From the NCBI RefSeq assembly GCF_000143415.4, contig NW_003314309.1, positions 260,300 through 324,299 on the forward strand: DNA of 64,000 bases, written 5' to 3'. The notes under the pieces are model-generated. The model ran no database searches and was not told the origin of the DNA. It worked only from the letters and a program-made list of their open reading frames with translations. A program made the position numbers and the translations under genes. Of this stretch, positions 36,812 through 49,200 are shown piece after piece (positions within the stretch are counted from its first letter, which is position 1; every line of letters starts with the position of its first letter). This stretch comes from Selaginella moellendorffii. Taxonomy: Eukaryota > Plantae > Lycopodiophyta.

Positions 36812-39222
36812 CTAGTGCCTTCTCATTCCCCTATCCAAGGACGATAGCAAAAGTGTGGGGAACTCTGGTGGTACCTCTTTTCGACTAGTAACCCAGTTCC
36901 CATTATCCTCCAACCTGTGAATGGTCCAAGCTTGCATGTCCGGTAGATAATTCACGTACCAACAACTGATGCCGGCAAAGCCACTCTGAACCTTCACAAT
37001 CTCCGTTCCATCCTCCTGTACCTCCGTGAGCAGCGTCAGCTCTTTTATCACGGTTTTCGCACCCGTCGGATCACCTTCACCGACCCAGAAAAACAAGTAG
37101 CTCATTTCACAACGGTGAAGCCGCCCGTAATAGGCACACCGCTTCAAGTGGTCCTGCACAGCCTCCCTTGTCTCGCTGGAACTGGCCCCAACCTGGACTT
37201 CCATTCCCTGCTTGGGAGCATCCGAGCTCTCCATGAAGCCGTCCATCCTCTTCATCCTCCTTCCATTCTCGTCGCTCTCCTTGACCTCTACAAACACATG
37301 GTACTTGTGAGGAGTGTACAAGCTCTGCTCCATTATAAACATCAATCCCCGGAAGAACTGCGACTGCATGATGTACTCGGACGGCTGGCCAGACGCATTC
37401 AACACCTTGGGCCGCATGAACACCTTCGGATTCATGAAGGCTATCGCAGTCTCATAAACCTCCACAAGAGACTCTGTCGGGGCAGGCAAGGCTTGCAACG
37501 GTGCGAACTTGCAGCTTTCTAGTAGCGTGGACAAGAGCAACGGCGAGCTCAACTGAACCTTCCGAGTACCAGCCACCTCCAACACACCGTCGTCAATGGC
37601 TTCCAGAACCGTGTCCAAGTGATCGACGCCCGCAGATCCGTCAACGCTGTCGATGCACTGGAGTATCACGTCTTTGACGCGGTCAGGATAAGCAGCTACC
37701 ACTCGAACCATTTTCCCAAACACGGTATCGTTGAACGCATGGGATCTCACACGTCCCTGTTCAACCAGCTGACGCCAATGCTCAAAAGAACGCACAGCCG
37801 GACCCTGCTCACGACCAGTCCCTTGCAGAAGGTCGCAGCACCAACCAACAAGGCCAGCGTGCCCGGACGTGATGTCCATTATGCTTTTCGAAATTCCTGA
37901 GATTGCTTGGCGATGGTGTTCTTCATCTTCATCACCATCGAATGTTGTCTTGCAAAACAAGAAACGGTCCCGGAAGTAATCATCTAGCATCTTTGCAACC
38001 TGCTGCTGGCCCAGCCTCCATCTTTGCCTGTCAAGTTGCTTGGAGAGAGGGGATGACCAGCCGGAAAGATACGGGCGAAGTGGATCGTGGCAATGCCGAG
38101 GACTCGATGGCACGTAAGATTCTCGACGGCTCCTGGCGTCCCCGATGAGGTAGGCAAGTCTTGGCAGGCCGCACAGACAGAAGCTGTGAAGCCGGTACTT
38201 TCCAAGTTTGTTCCTCGTCACAGATTCTCGTTTTGCGATCCTTAAACTTGAGAGAAGGTTGCGAACCGCATAGCCAGTCTGGTGATGCATTTGATTGAGT
38301 AGCTGCGCTTCGTCCAGTAACCAGATGACAGGCTTGACATCCTTGCGAGCTGTAAACACGTCAATTACTTCGCTAGACTTTTCCGGTGGCTCGAGCTCGC
38401 TCTGGTCGCACACCTTTTCAATCAAACGCTTGTAAAAGTCCTCAGCAGCCTCCCACTCTTGCTTAGTCTTGTCGTTAGCCAGAGCGACCATCTTATCGTC
38501 CATGGTGGTGAGCTCCACCAAGTAGCCTTTGGCCCGGAGCTCCAACCCGAGCGCCGTCAGCAGCGTCGACTTGCCCGATTGCCATGGCGCCGTGAGCAGC
38601 AGCCAATTTCCGCTCTCCATCTCAGCCACAATCGAGTCCCGGTCCGGCCAAGGACAGTAGTAGAAACTGTCCAGGTCCACGATTGCGTCGCCAGAAAAAA
38701 AGCTGCGCGGAAGCAGACGCTTGCGGGGGCGCAGATGCCTGTCAAGGTCGACATGGATTCCCTCCCGCTTCTTGTTCAAAGCCTGACGCAGCGTCGTGAT
38801 ACCACTAGTGCTTGCACCAGCGGTAGCAGTGCCAGTGATGATGATGGGAGCCTGCTCCGAGAGCCCATCCCCAAGGCCAGCAGAAGCAGAGACTTGCCTG
38901 ATTTGGTTCATGTCCATGGCTGAACAAAACAAAGTTAAAAAGAACATCAAGGGTCTATAGCATAAAGCTTACCATTGAAGGATTTCAATAGGAGAAGCTT
39001 CTCCTCGCGCAGCTGCCTCTTCTCCTCGCGCAGCTCCCACTTCTCCTCGCGCAGCTGCCTCTTCTCCTCGCGCAGCTGCCTCTTCTCCTCGGGATCATTT
39101 GTTTGCTGGAGTTGCCCGTCCACAGCACTAATTTGGCCCTCAAGCACAGCAATCTGCTGCTCAACTTCCCGGATTTGCCCGGACAAGCCAGAAGCCGGAT
39201 CACCTTCCGCCTCCACGTCCAT
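36812..39222 (-). CDS. Crinkler/RHS-like protein: coiled-coil header + P-loop NTPase + PD-(D/E)XK-like nuclease (~785 aa)
   Basis: Exons 39222-38973 and 38919-36812 (53-nt GT-AG intron, frame preserved). Header with (LREEKRQ)n; Walker A LLTAPWQSGKSTLL; Walker B IWLLDEAQ; DITSGHAG; C-terminal PSEYIMQSQF...VEVK...RMDGF...GMEVQ. Confidence 0.72.
38996..39090. repeat. 21-bp coding tandem repeat (~4.5 copies)
   Basis: AGCTGCCTCTTCTCCTCGCGC units, encoding EEKRQLR on the minus strand. Confidence 0.95.
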
Positions 39223-40379
39223 GGCCAAACCTAGGTTAAAGGTTGAAGGTTGGTTTTTTTAAAGAACCAACCTCCTCATATTGAAAAGATGAAGACCGAA
39301 CCAGTTGATCCTGAGGAGGAAAAGCAAATTCAAAGATATGAAATATGCAATGGTTAAGCTTGAGTTGGCTTGAGGAGTCTGGAGTGGAGAAATCCAGATT
39401 ATAGTTTGTGTAAGAACATATGGGGTCATGACTATTCGTTTTGGCCAAAGGCCCGGCTTGTAACATTTTGAAAGACAGTTTTGAATGAAGAGTTTAGATT
39501 AGAAAACACCCATTGCGACGAAGCTTGAGATTTCGGCTTAAGAAATGGAAGACAATGCAAGTGACAAAGCGGACTGCTAGAATTTCCACAGGAGGGAAGT
39601 GCCTTCCCGGGATTACAGTAGAATGTATCACTCTCCAGGGAGAGTGAGCCCCTATGGTCTTAGATCTAAGGGGAAAGAAGAATCCAAGGAAAGTTATAAC
39701 CCATCATCTAAAGAGGAGCCATTCACTGTTTGTGGTGCTCATATTGCGAGAAGGGATCATTCCATTTCACTGATCAGACCCAACTTAGTCATGTTTGGTG
39801 GAGACTCCAAAAGGCGTTTGCTCAATAACAAATGGATTTCACACAGGGCTTGGCAGATTTTCCATGGTTGGGTATTATGTTGTAACATTTGAAGAGATAT
39901 GCGGAAGCTAAGATGGACAAGGATGACTCTATCACTCTGATATATCAATCACTGTGTATATACATGATCAACAATCGTGACTATCAACAGTCGTGACTAT
40001 CCTACACCTGGATCAGTGATGTTGCAACTCATGCCATGTAAACTCTCATGTCATGGAGAGAGTATATCTCCAACACATTATATTTGGGAATTGGAACATT
40101 GTTAGAGATGAATTACAATGTATTATCTGGTTGTTGGATTGGCATAATTAGATCGTGGCTGTCTCTTGCAATGCATGTTTGAAATAAGGGTTAAAGAGTT
40201 TGCAAGAGGCAGGGCATTATCATACACTAATAATGGTAATAATAATATATAGCAACGTAGCCATACACCTGGACCTCACAAGTCGAACTACATTGGAAAG
40301 AATAAAATATAATCAGCAAAAGTATCGTTTTTCACCATACAGTGAAAGTGCTCTAGATCTGGAGTCCCCAACGATCAGC

Positions 40380-40900
40380 TCATTGCCTGGATTGCTGTCT
40401 CGAACAAGCCAGCATGGCTACACACACTGAGGATAATCCCGTCTGGTTTAAGCCTTCCAGAACAAAGCCACCGTCTTCAAGTGAGCATAGCTCAGCAGTT
40501 CTTCACGGTACTAACCAGTGCTACCCCCGCTTTGACTTGGCCACGAACGCAATGACTTCGGCTCTATATCTGGAGATAGTCGAGTGAATTGCCTCAGATT
40601 CCAGCCTTCAGTTCTGCCACGAAAGTTTACCAGCATTCGTTGAAACAGCTCGTCTGGTTCGTTGTGCTGAGCATAGCCGGCAATCAATGTTGCTTCTGGG
40701 GTTTAAAAACCTCGTTTAAAAACTTGACGAGAGATCGTCGTAACGAATATAACCTTTGCAGCTTGGAAATAGATAGACAAAACTCTTTGTGTCTTCTTCA
40801 CTCCAAACAGGCCTTCAACGCAGAAGCAACCGTTTGAGCATCCGGATCACAGCCTTGGTACTTCACCAGAGTAACCAGCTCCAAGGCATCGTCAGTTGGT
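40380..40900 (-). pseudogene. Decayed PPR gene fragments
   Basis: Minus-strand peptides ALELVTLVKYQGCDPDAQTVASALKAC, TLIAGYAQHNEPDELFQRM and (K)PDGIILSVCSHAGLFE, interrupted by stops and frameshifts. Confidence 0.6.
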
Positions 40901-41667
40901 GCCGAGTGCATATCAAAGCACACTAATCCCGCCGCTTAAACCTCTCAAGCACACTCCTGGTAGCACCGTACCTTCACAAGCTCATAGTCAGAGAATCGTC
41001 CACCGCAACTGCCAGAGGATTCGTCACTTCGATCCGCCACCTGGGCTTCTGAAAGATCGCATTCCCGCACTGTTTCCTTCGAGATAACATCCATCGCACG
41101 AGCAAAAAGCACGCGAGCAGCACCAAGATAGCCCAGAGAAGAAGCTGGAGAAGTGACCACGGCGTCCTCCTAGCCACCACCATCACCATGTGGCCACTGC
41201 TGTGTCGTGACCGTCGCGACGATGGTGGTGGTGGTGGTGGCGGTGGCGTCCTCCATGATGGTGACCATGGTGATGGTGGTGGACAACCAGACGAGCTCCA
41301 TGATGGTACACTGTTGCTGCTGGAGCTGGATCGTGGTGGCGAGCATGATCAAGGAGAGCAGGCACTGAATAGCATGGCAAGGTTTTCTCACTGTGTGTGA
41401 CGAGCATGAACGAAAGCAGCTGGAGCTGGAGCTGGAGCTGGAGCTGGAGCTGGAACTGGAGCGTCACCTTGAAGAACTGGAGCTAAAGCTGGCGGTGGCT
41501 CGTGGCCTCGGCCGTTGGAGGCCCATGATCGCGAGAGATCATAGCTTCTTGATGGAGAGAAGCATCCACGACATCTCGAATAGAAAAATCCAAGCGAGAA
41601 AGTATAACCTAGGATAATACTACTTTTGCCTTTGTGAAAAAAGAGAACTATACACGAGAGCTGGTTT

Positions 41668-43171
41668 TTACGCTGTGGATTGCACGGAGCTGCAAGTTGG
41701 ATCCTCCCCAAAGTCATCGTCGTCGATGGACGCGTCCTGGTACTGCTGGTACTCGGTCACCAGATCGTTGAGATTGCTCTCCGCCTCGGAGAACTCGAGC
41801 TCGTCCATCCCCTCGCCGGTGTACCAGTGGAGAAACGCCTTGCGCCGGAACATGAGTGTGAACTGGTCGCTCACTCGCTTGAACATCTCCTGGATCGACG
41901 TCGAGTTCCCGATGAACGTCGACGACATCTTGAGTCCCTTGGGCGGGATGTCGCATACGCTCGACTTGACGTTGTTTGGGATCCATTCCACGAAGAAGGA
42001 CGAGTTCTTGTTCTGGACGTTGACGATCTGTTCTTCCACCTCCTTGGTGCTGATGCGGCCCCGGAACATTGCCGAGGCGGTGAGGTAGCGGCCGTGGCGA
42101 GGGTCCGCCGCGCACATCATGTTCTTGGCGTCCCACATCTGCTGCGTCAGCTCCGGGACGTTGAGCGCTCGGTATGGCTGCGAGCCGCGCGAGGTGAGCG
42201 GTGCGAAGCCGACCATGAAGAAGTGGAGGCGCGGGAAGGGGATGAGGTTGACGGCGAGCTTGCGGAGGTCGGCGTTGAGCTGGCCGGGGAAGCGGAGGCA
42301 GCACGTCACGCCGCTCATCGTTGCTGATATCAAATGGTTGAGATCGCCAACTGCAAGAAAGAGTTGGTGTAAGCCAAAGTTGAACTTGCTACTTCAAACT
42401 ATTGAAGTCTAGAAAACTGGAAAAGGAGAGAGAGTTTTCGGAGAACTTACAGGTGGGAGTTGTGAGCCGGAGAGTTCTGAAACATATGTCGTAGAGGGCC
42501 TCGTTGTCCAGAACCATGCACTCGTCGGCGTTCTCGACGAGCTGGTGCACGGACAGCGTCGCGTTATAAGGCTCCACGACTGTGTCCGAGACCTTGGGCG
42601 ACGGGAACACGGAGAAGGTGAGCATCATCCTGTCCGGGTACTCCTCTCGGAGCTTCGATATCAGCAGAGTTCCCATCCCTGAGCCCGTTCCCCCGCCGAG
42701 AGACTGGCTCACTTGGAATCCTGCATAGAAGAGAAGTAGATTAAGAGACTTGTCGTTCTTGAGAATCGCATCGGTACCTTGCAGGCAATCAGCGCCTTCA
42801 CACTCCTTGCGCACCACGTCCAGCACGGAGTCGATAAGCTCGGCTCCCTCGGTGTAGTGGCCTTTGGCCCAGTTGTTCCCGGCTCCCGTCTGGCCGAAGA
42901 CGAAGTTATCAGGCCGGAATATCTGTCCATACGGCCCCGACCGAACGCTGTCCATTGTCCCAGGCTCCAAGTCCATGAGAATCGCTCGAGGCACGTAACG
43001 TCCGGCACTGGCTTCGTTGAAGTAGACGTTCACTCGCTCCAGTTGGAGGTCGGACTCTCCGTGATAAAATCCCGTGGGCTCGATCCCATGCTCGTCACAT
43101 ATCACTTCCCAGAACTTGGCGCCAATCTGGTTACCACACTGGCCTCCCTGTACGTGGACAATCTCTCTCAT
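41668..43171 (-). CDS. TUB: Beta-tubulin (divergent)
   Basis: [42 protein letters not shown]; two introns at the usual plant positions. Confidence 0.97.
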
Positions 43172-43359
43172 TTCTTCTGTTTGCTTCGATCCAGCTGAAG
43201 GACCTGACGACACTGCGGTAGTTCAGCTGTTGGTCTATACCGTTAATGTCGTTGTCACCAGAGAAAAACTACCCCGAGTAACAGTTTTCTCTTATTGCCT
43301 TAACTGTTTTATTTGCGTATAACCAACCTGTATGTAACCATGTGAGAAAGTGAGGTGAT

Positions 43360-45825
43360 TTAAATCGAGCGAACCTTTAAAACGATAAGCTGAGAGTAGG
43401 CTCCTCGCCTGGCTACGAGCTCCGAGTGCCTTCCCTGCTCCACAATCTCACCGTCATGCAGCACGGCAATCTGGTCGGCACTGCAAATCGTAGATAGCCT
43501 GTGTGCCACAACCACTGTCGTTCTCTCCTCCATCAGCCCCTCAAGAGCTTCCTGGACAATTCCCTCGAACTCGGCGTCTAGAGCACTCGTGGCTTCGGCC
43601 ATAAGACGTTGGTGCGATCCGGTTTCCACAAACCTTCCATTTTGAAGCACAGCAATGGAATCTGTGCCTTTGACAGTACACAACCTGTGTGCTATAATAA
43701 CTGTCGTTCTTGCCACCATGATTTTGTGAGTGCGTTTTGTACCACATTCTCGGACTCAGCATCTAAAGCACTGGTTGCCTCATCCAACAACAGTATCGCT
43801 GGATTTCTGACCAATGCTCTAGCTATGGCTATCCTCTGCTTTTGGCCTCCAGAAAGTTGTACGCCTCTTGAACCAACCTGCAATGTACTTGAGCAGTTCA
43901 GACACTGAAAAAATAGTGTCTAGGCACCTGTGTTTCGTAGTCTTGAGGAAGCTGATTTATAAAATCGTGCGCATTTGAAGTCCTGGCAGCCAGCTTTATC
44001 TCCTCCATGTTCGCATCATCTTTGCCGTAAAGTACGTTTTGCGCGATGGTGGTAGCGAACAAAGCTGGTTCTTGGTTAACGAGACCAATCTGTGACAGGA
44101 GCCATTTTAATTGTAGAGATTTGGTGTTGTAACCATCCAAGAGAATTTCTCCTGTAGAAGTATAAAACTCAGAAAAGAAATATAAGCAAAGAAGCAATTC
44201 ACCTGAAGTTGGGTCGTAAAACCTTTCAATGAGAGATATAATCGTGCTCTTCCCAGAACCACTGGGGCCAACAATGGCTATCGATTTCCAGGCGGTATCC
44301 TGAGGCTCAGGTCGTGAAGAACACGAGCATCTGGCCTGGAGGAATAGTTGGAAGTAACTTTATACAGCTCAAGCACTCCATGGACGTGTTGAAGACGAAA
44401 TTCCGTTGACTCTTCACAGTTAGTGATCGTATTCTTGTTGTCTAAAGTTTCCAGAATTTTGAACGCAGCGGCTCTTGCATTCGATATAGCAGCAATGGTC
44501 GGAGCAGTCTGTCCGAGAGCACTATGAGAAAAACGTTCAGCATCAGAACTCAAAACATAATCAATAACAGTAACTTACAAGGCACCTAAGAGCACGCAAA
44601 ATATTGTAGATAGAGCTTTTCCACCGTTTGTCGTGCGGTTTCTTACGAGAATGCCACCGTACCACATCAGTAAGGCCCAAGAACACAAGGGCAATGCATA
44701 CATTGCTCCCATTCCAATCCCTTTGACANNNNNNNNNNNNNNNNNNNNNNNNNNNNNNNNNNNNNNNNNNNNNNNNNNNNNNNNNNNNNNNNNNNNNNNN
44801 NNNNNNNNNNNNNNNNNNNNNNNNNNNNCAACAAACGAATAGACTGTCCGAATTTGAGAAATTGCCTGCAAGTCAGTCTGGAGTAAGAAATTTAGTCTGG
44901 AAGTCTACGTACTTACTCCTTCAACGATGTTTCCCGCTTTGTCGTATTCCTTCTGGGTCTTCGATGAAACGCCAGTGATGACATGAGCGTAGAGACCTCC
45001 AGCTAGAATGACCACCGGTACGGTTGCCAGCGTCAAAAGTCCGAGCTGCCACACAGTTGCAAATCCCAATGCGATGCCTCCAAAAAACGTGGAAACGTGA
45101 TGGATGAGGACTCCCATCTACGAAAGAGCAAAAGAGAGAGGGAAGAAACATCACATCTACAAACTATTGAATGAAAGCGAAAGAGATAAAAAAGAAAGGC
45201 TATTAAAGTACTCACTTTCTCGCTTATAGCCTGCTGGATGAGCAAAGTGTTGGAGGAAATGCTGCTAACGAGCTCCCCAGTCCTCGCGTCGTCGCGATCG
45301 AAGAACGAGATATCGTGCCGCAGGATTGCCTCCAAGTAGCTGATCCTGATCTTCCTGCATTGCCGCTCTCCGGTCTGGATCCAGCACGCAACCTCTGCAA
45401 CATCAGAGCTAGGAATTCCTCCCATTCTTTCAAGAACAAAATCCCTCTACCTAGCCAAGACGCGCCAAAGAGGATCAATCCCAGATACAAGAAATCCAAT
45501 GCCACCTGATCGATCGCGAGCACGATCACGAGAGATCACAACGAAATATCCATACCTTGGACACGCTGTGATACATGTGCCGAAGATCCTTGTCCGATCC
45601 AAGAACATGAGCCAATCGTCCGAAGGAGAAGAAGAAAATCGGCAGCGCCAGGCCGTGCGCGATGGCGCCGAGCGATCCCAGCGCCATGAGCAAGTGGTCG
45701 CATCGATCGGCAAAGAAGAAGAGCTTGTGGAGCGGCGCCAAGGATGAGGGCGGTCCATCGCTATTGAGCCCTAAAGATTTGGAGCCACTGGCGTTGGCAT
45801 TTCCACTTACATTCCTTCTAGTCAT
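43360..45825 (-). pseudogene. Truncated, frameshifted ABCB (P-glycoprotein) paralog
   Basis: TMD1 and NBD1 exons parallel the adjacent ABCB. There are apparent 1-nt frameshifts at ~44285 and ~43725. The end of NBD1 joins directly to the EATSALD segment of NBD2, so TMD2 is deleted. It spans a 100-N gap. Confidence 0.8.
44729..44828. other. Assembly gap (100 N)
   Basis: Run of N bases. Confidence 1.
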
Positions 45826-46273
45826 TACAATGCGTATGGAACGATCAACTTTCCTCCACTGGAGGATCCCAGATAAAGAGCGTTCTAGCTCAAAGAAGAA
45901 GAACGATCGAGTAAGAGAGAGAGAGAACTCTCTTTCCAGGGAGGTGAAAACTAGAAAACAAAGAAATCTCTAAGCTTTTGCAAATTTGATTCTTCCAGCC
46001 AAGCTACACACAAAAAAGAAGAAGTGAAGATCACAGCTAAGTAGCGAGATCCCTCGCTAGTGTTTTTTTTCTTCTTCTCTTTCTTTGCGAGATTTGTCGG
46101 TTGTCTGCCCAGGATCCAGCATCTTCGACATGTGACGAGACTCGTTCATCGAACATGAGATCTTCAAAGCTCTTGACTTGGTATCAAAGAAACCAAAGAA
46201 AAACCAAGAACTTTGTCCGAGAAGTTGACAAAAAAATGGTTTTTTTTTTTTTTGTGTGTGTGTTCTTCATCAG

Positions 46274-49200
46274 CTAGCTCGGAGAACTGTGCTGCTGCTG
46301 CAATTTTATAAGATGCGAGTAAGCACCATCGGCTTTCGCGACGAGCTCCCAGTGACTTCCCTGCTCCACGATGGTTCCATCCTGGATCACCGCGATCTTG
46401 TCCGCGTTTCGTATCGTGGACAAGCGATGAGCAACCACGATGGTCGTCCGGCCTTTCATCAACCTGTCCAGCGCCTCCTGGACGATGTGCTCCGACTCGG
46501 CATCCAGCGCGCTGGTGGCCTCGTCCAGCAGGAGGATCGTCGGGTTCTTGAGCACTGCTCGAGCGATCGCCACCCTTTGCTTCTGTCCACCCGAGAGCTG
46601 CGCTCCTCGCTCGCCGACGCTGGTTTTGTAGCCATCCGGCAGCGCGCTGATGAAGTTGTGAGCGTTTGCTGCTGTTGCTGCCTCGATGATCTCGCTCTCC
46701 GTCGCGTCTTCCTTGCCGTAGCGGATGTTTTCCTGGATCGACGTCGCAAAGAGAGCCGGTTCTTGCTGGACGAGGCCGACGAAGCGCCTGTATGATCGTA
46801 AGTTGAGGAGCCTGATGTCCTTGCCATCCACCAAAACTTTCCCTGCCACTGGATCGTAGAACCTCTCGACTAGTGAGATGACCGAGCTCTTCCCGGACCC
46901 GCTAGCTCCAACTATCGCCAGGCTCTGGCCGATGTGAACCTTCAAGTTTAAGTTCTTGAAGATGGTAACTTCCGGCCTTGTTGGATAGTAAAAGTCCACG
47001 CTTCTAAGCTCGATCTCTCCCTTCATGTTCTTGACAGTCTCGGCACTCGGATCGTCCGGGTTAATCTCTGTTTTTCTGTCCAGAATCGCAAACACCGACT
47101 TGAGAGCCTGGCCACCTTTCACAATGTCTGGACTTAAGCCGAGTGACTCCCCTATACCGTTGGAGGTGATAACCAGCACGAGGAAGGCTTTGATGGCGTT
47201 GCCAAAGCTTGCTTTGCCATCTCGGACGACCAAACCGGCGTACCAGAGCCCGAGACCGAACGAGGCGAACAGGAAGAAGGAGCCGACACCATAGCCAATT
47301 CCCGCTATCTGTCCTCGAACGAAGCTACTCCTCTTCGGGACTTCGAGTTCGTCAGTAACTAGCTCGACCATCTTGGCCTCGGCGTTGAATGCTGCCACCG
47401 TTCGTATGTTGCTCACGGCCTCGCCGGTTAGCTTGGTAGCTCGCTCGTGAGCCTTTTCAATGTTCCCGGCAAAGCCTTTCAGGAACATTTGCTGGATAGT
47501 ACACAAAATTCAAGTTTAAAGAGCCGCGAAAGATGAAGCATCACGTAAACCACGTACCTCCGAGATGCCCGAGGCGACGAGTAGAGGCAGCGAAGCAGTG
47601 ACGACAAGTGCTATCCTCCATTCCACAATGAACGCTATAAGGAAAGCTGATACCAAGAGTGACGAGTTTTGGAGGATAATAGCAACTCTATCTCCCATGG
47701 TGGCTCTAACAAAACCCGCATTGGTCGATAGCTTGGAGGCAATCTGACTGCTGCCGTTCTCGTCACGATCGAACCAGCTCACCTCAAATCTTGTGACGGC
47801 TATAAGACGAAACAAAGAAAAACAAAACGTAAGAAAATCTGTGGATAAGTGAGAAAACTATAGTACCTGTGAACATGAGTTCTCGGATACGCTTTGTAAG
47901 GCTCTCTCCAGTTACTCCAAACGAGTAGTGCAAGAGGGAGTGTATCATCCCCACACTGACGCCTATGCAGACGAAGATGATGGAGTATTTTTGCACTTCG
48001 GACTTCATGTAGCTCTTGTCCGGATTGTAATAGATGCTTAAGACGCTGCTGATGATCATCGCAAACACCGGATTTACGAGCCCCGCCACAACCGCCGCTG
48101 CGCTTCCGAGAAGAAGAAATGGCCATTCTGCTGCGTTGAGCTTCAGGAGTCTAAAGAAGTAGGAGCCTTTTTTCTCGTGCGCTTCAAGCTCAACACCTTC
48201 GACCAGTCCGTCTGACTTTGTGCTTGACTGCCGGCTTATGAAGCTCCTGACTCTTGAAAAACTTATCAGGCCGCTATGCTCTGCACTGCTTCTTCTCATC
48301 GAGGTCGATCCAGCTTGAGACTTGAGAGATTGCCTGCAAGAACAGAGAGCAAAGTATAGTACGTTAAAAATCCAACATTTCTCAAACCTTTCGTCTCGAG
48401 CAACTTCTCTGGCCATGTTTTGGAGGTGTACTAACGTCGCGTATGCTCCCCCGTCACCTCTAGAGGACAGCTCGTCATGAGTCCCAAGCTCCACAATCTT
48501 TCCTTCTTGGACGACGGCGATAGTGTCGGCGTTTTGAACCGTGGAGAGACGATGCGCGATGATCACGGTCGTGTGTCCGTGCATGAGCTTGTCCAGAGCA
48601 TCCTGGACAACATGCTCGGACTCTGCGTCCAAAGCACTGGTTGCTTCGTCGAAGAGAAGAATGGAGGGATTCTTCAAGATGGCTCTCGCGATTGCTATAC
48701 GTTGTTTCTGACCGCCCGAGAGCTGGACACCTCTCTCTCCAGCCTGGAAGATCGAAGCAATGAAAAGAAGTATTTCTCCCTGCGAACTAATTCACAGCAT
48801 ACCTGAGTCTCATATCCGTCTGGAAGCTGTGAGATAAAGCTGTGAGCGTTTGCTGCTTTTGCGGCGTCCTCGATCTCTTCCCTGGTTGCTGATGGTTTAC
48901 CGTAAAGGATATTGTTTCGTATAGTCGTGGCAAACAAAGCAGGCTCCTGATTTACAAGCCCGATTTGAGATCTTAACCATTTGAGATCCAAAGTTCTGAT
49001 GTCGTGACCATCAACAAGAATTCTCCCTGATAAAAGAAAGTCAGATTAGTGAGTAATGTAATCATAAGACTGAACTGAAATATTACCTGAGCTCGGATCA
49101 TAAAAGCGCTCTATAAGCGACACAACCGTGCTTTTCCCTGAGCCACTACCGCCAACGATCGCAACACATTTTGCTGCCGGGATCGATAAAGAAAAGCCTT

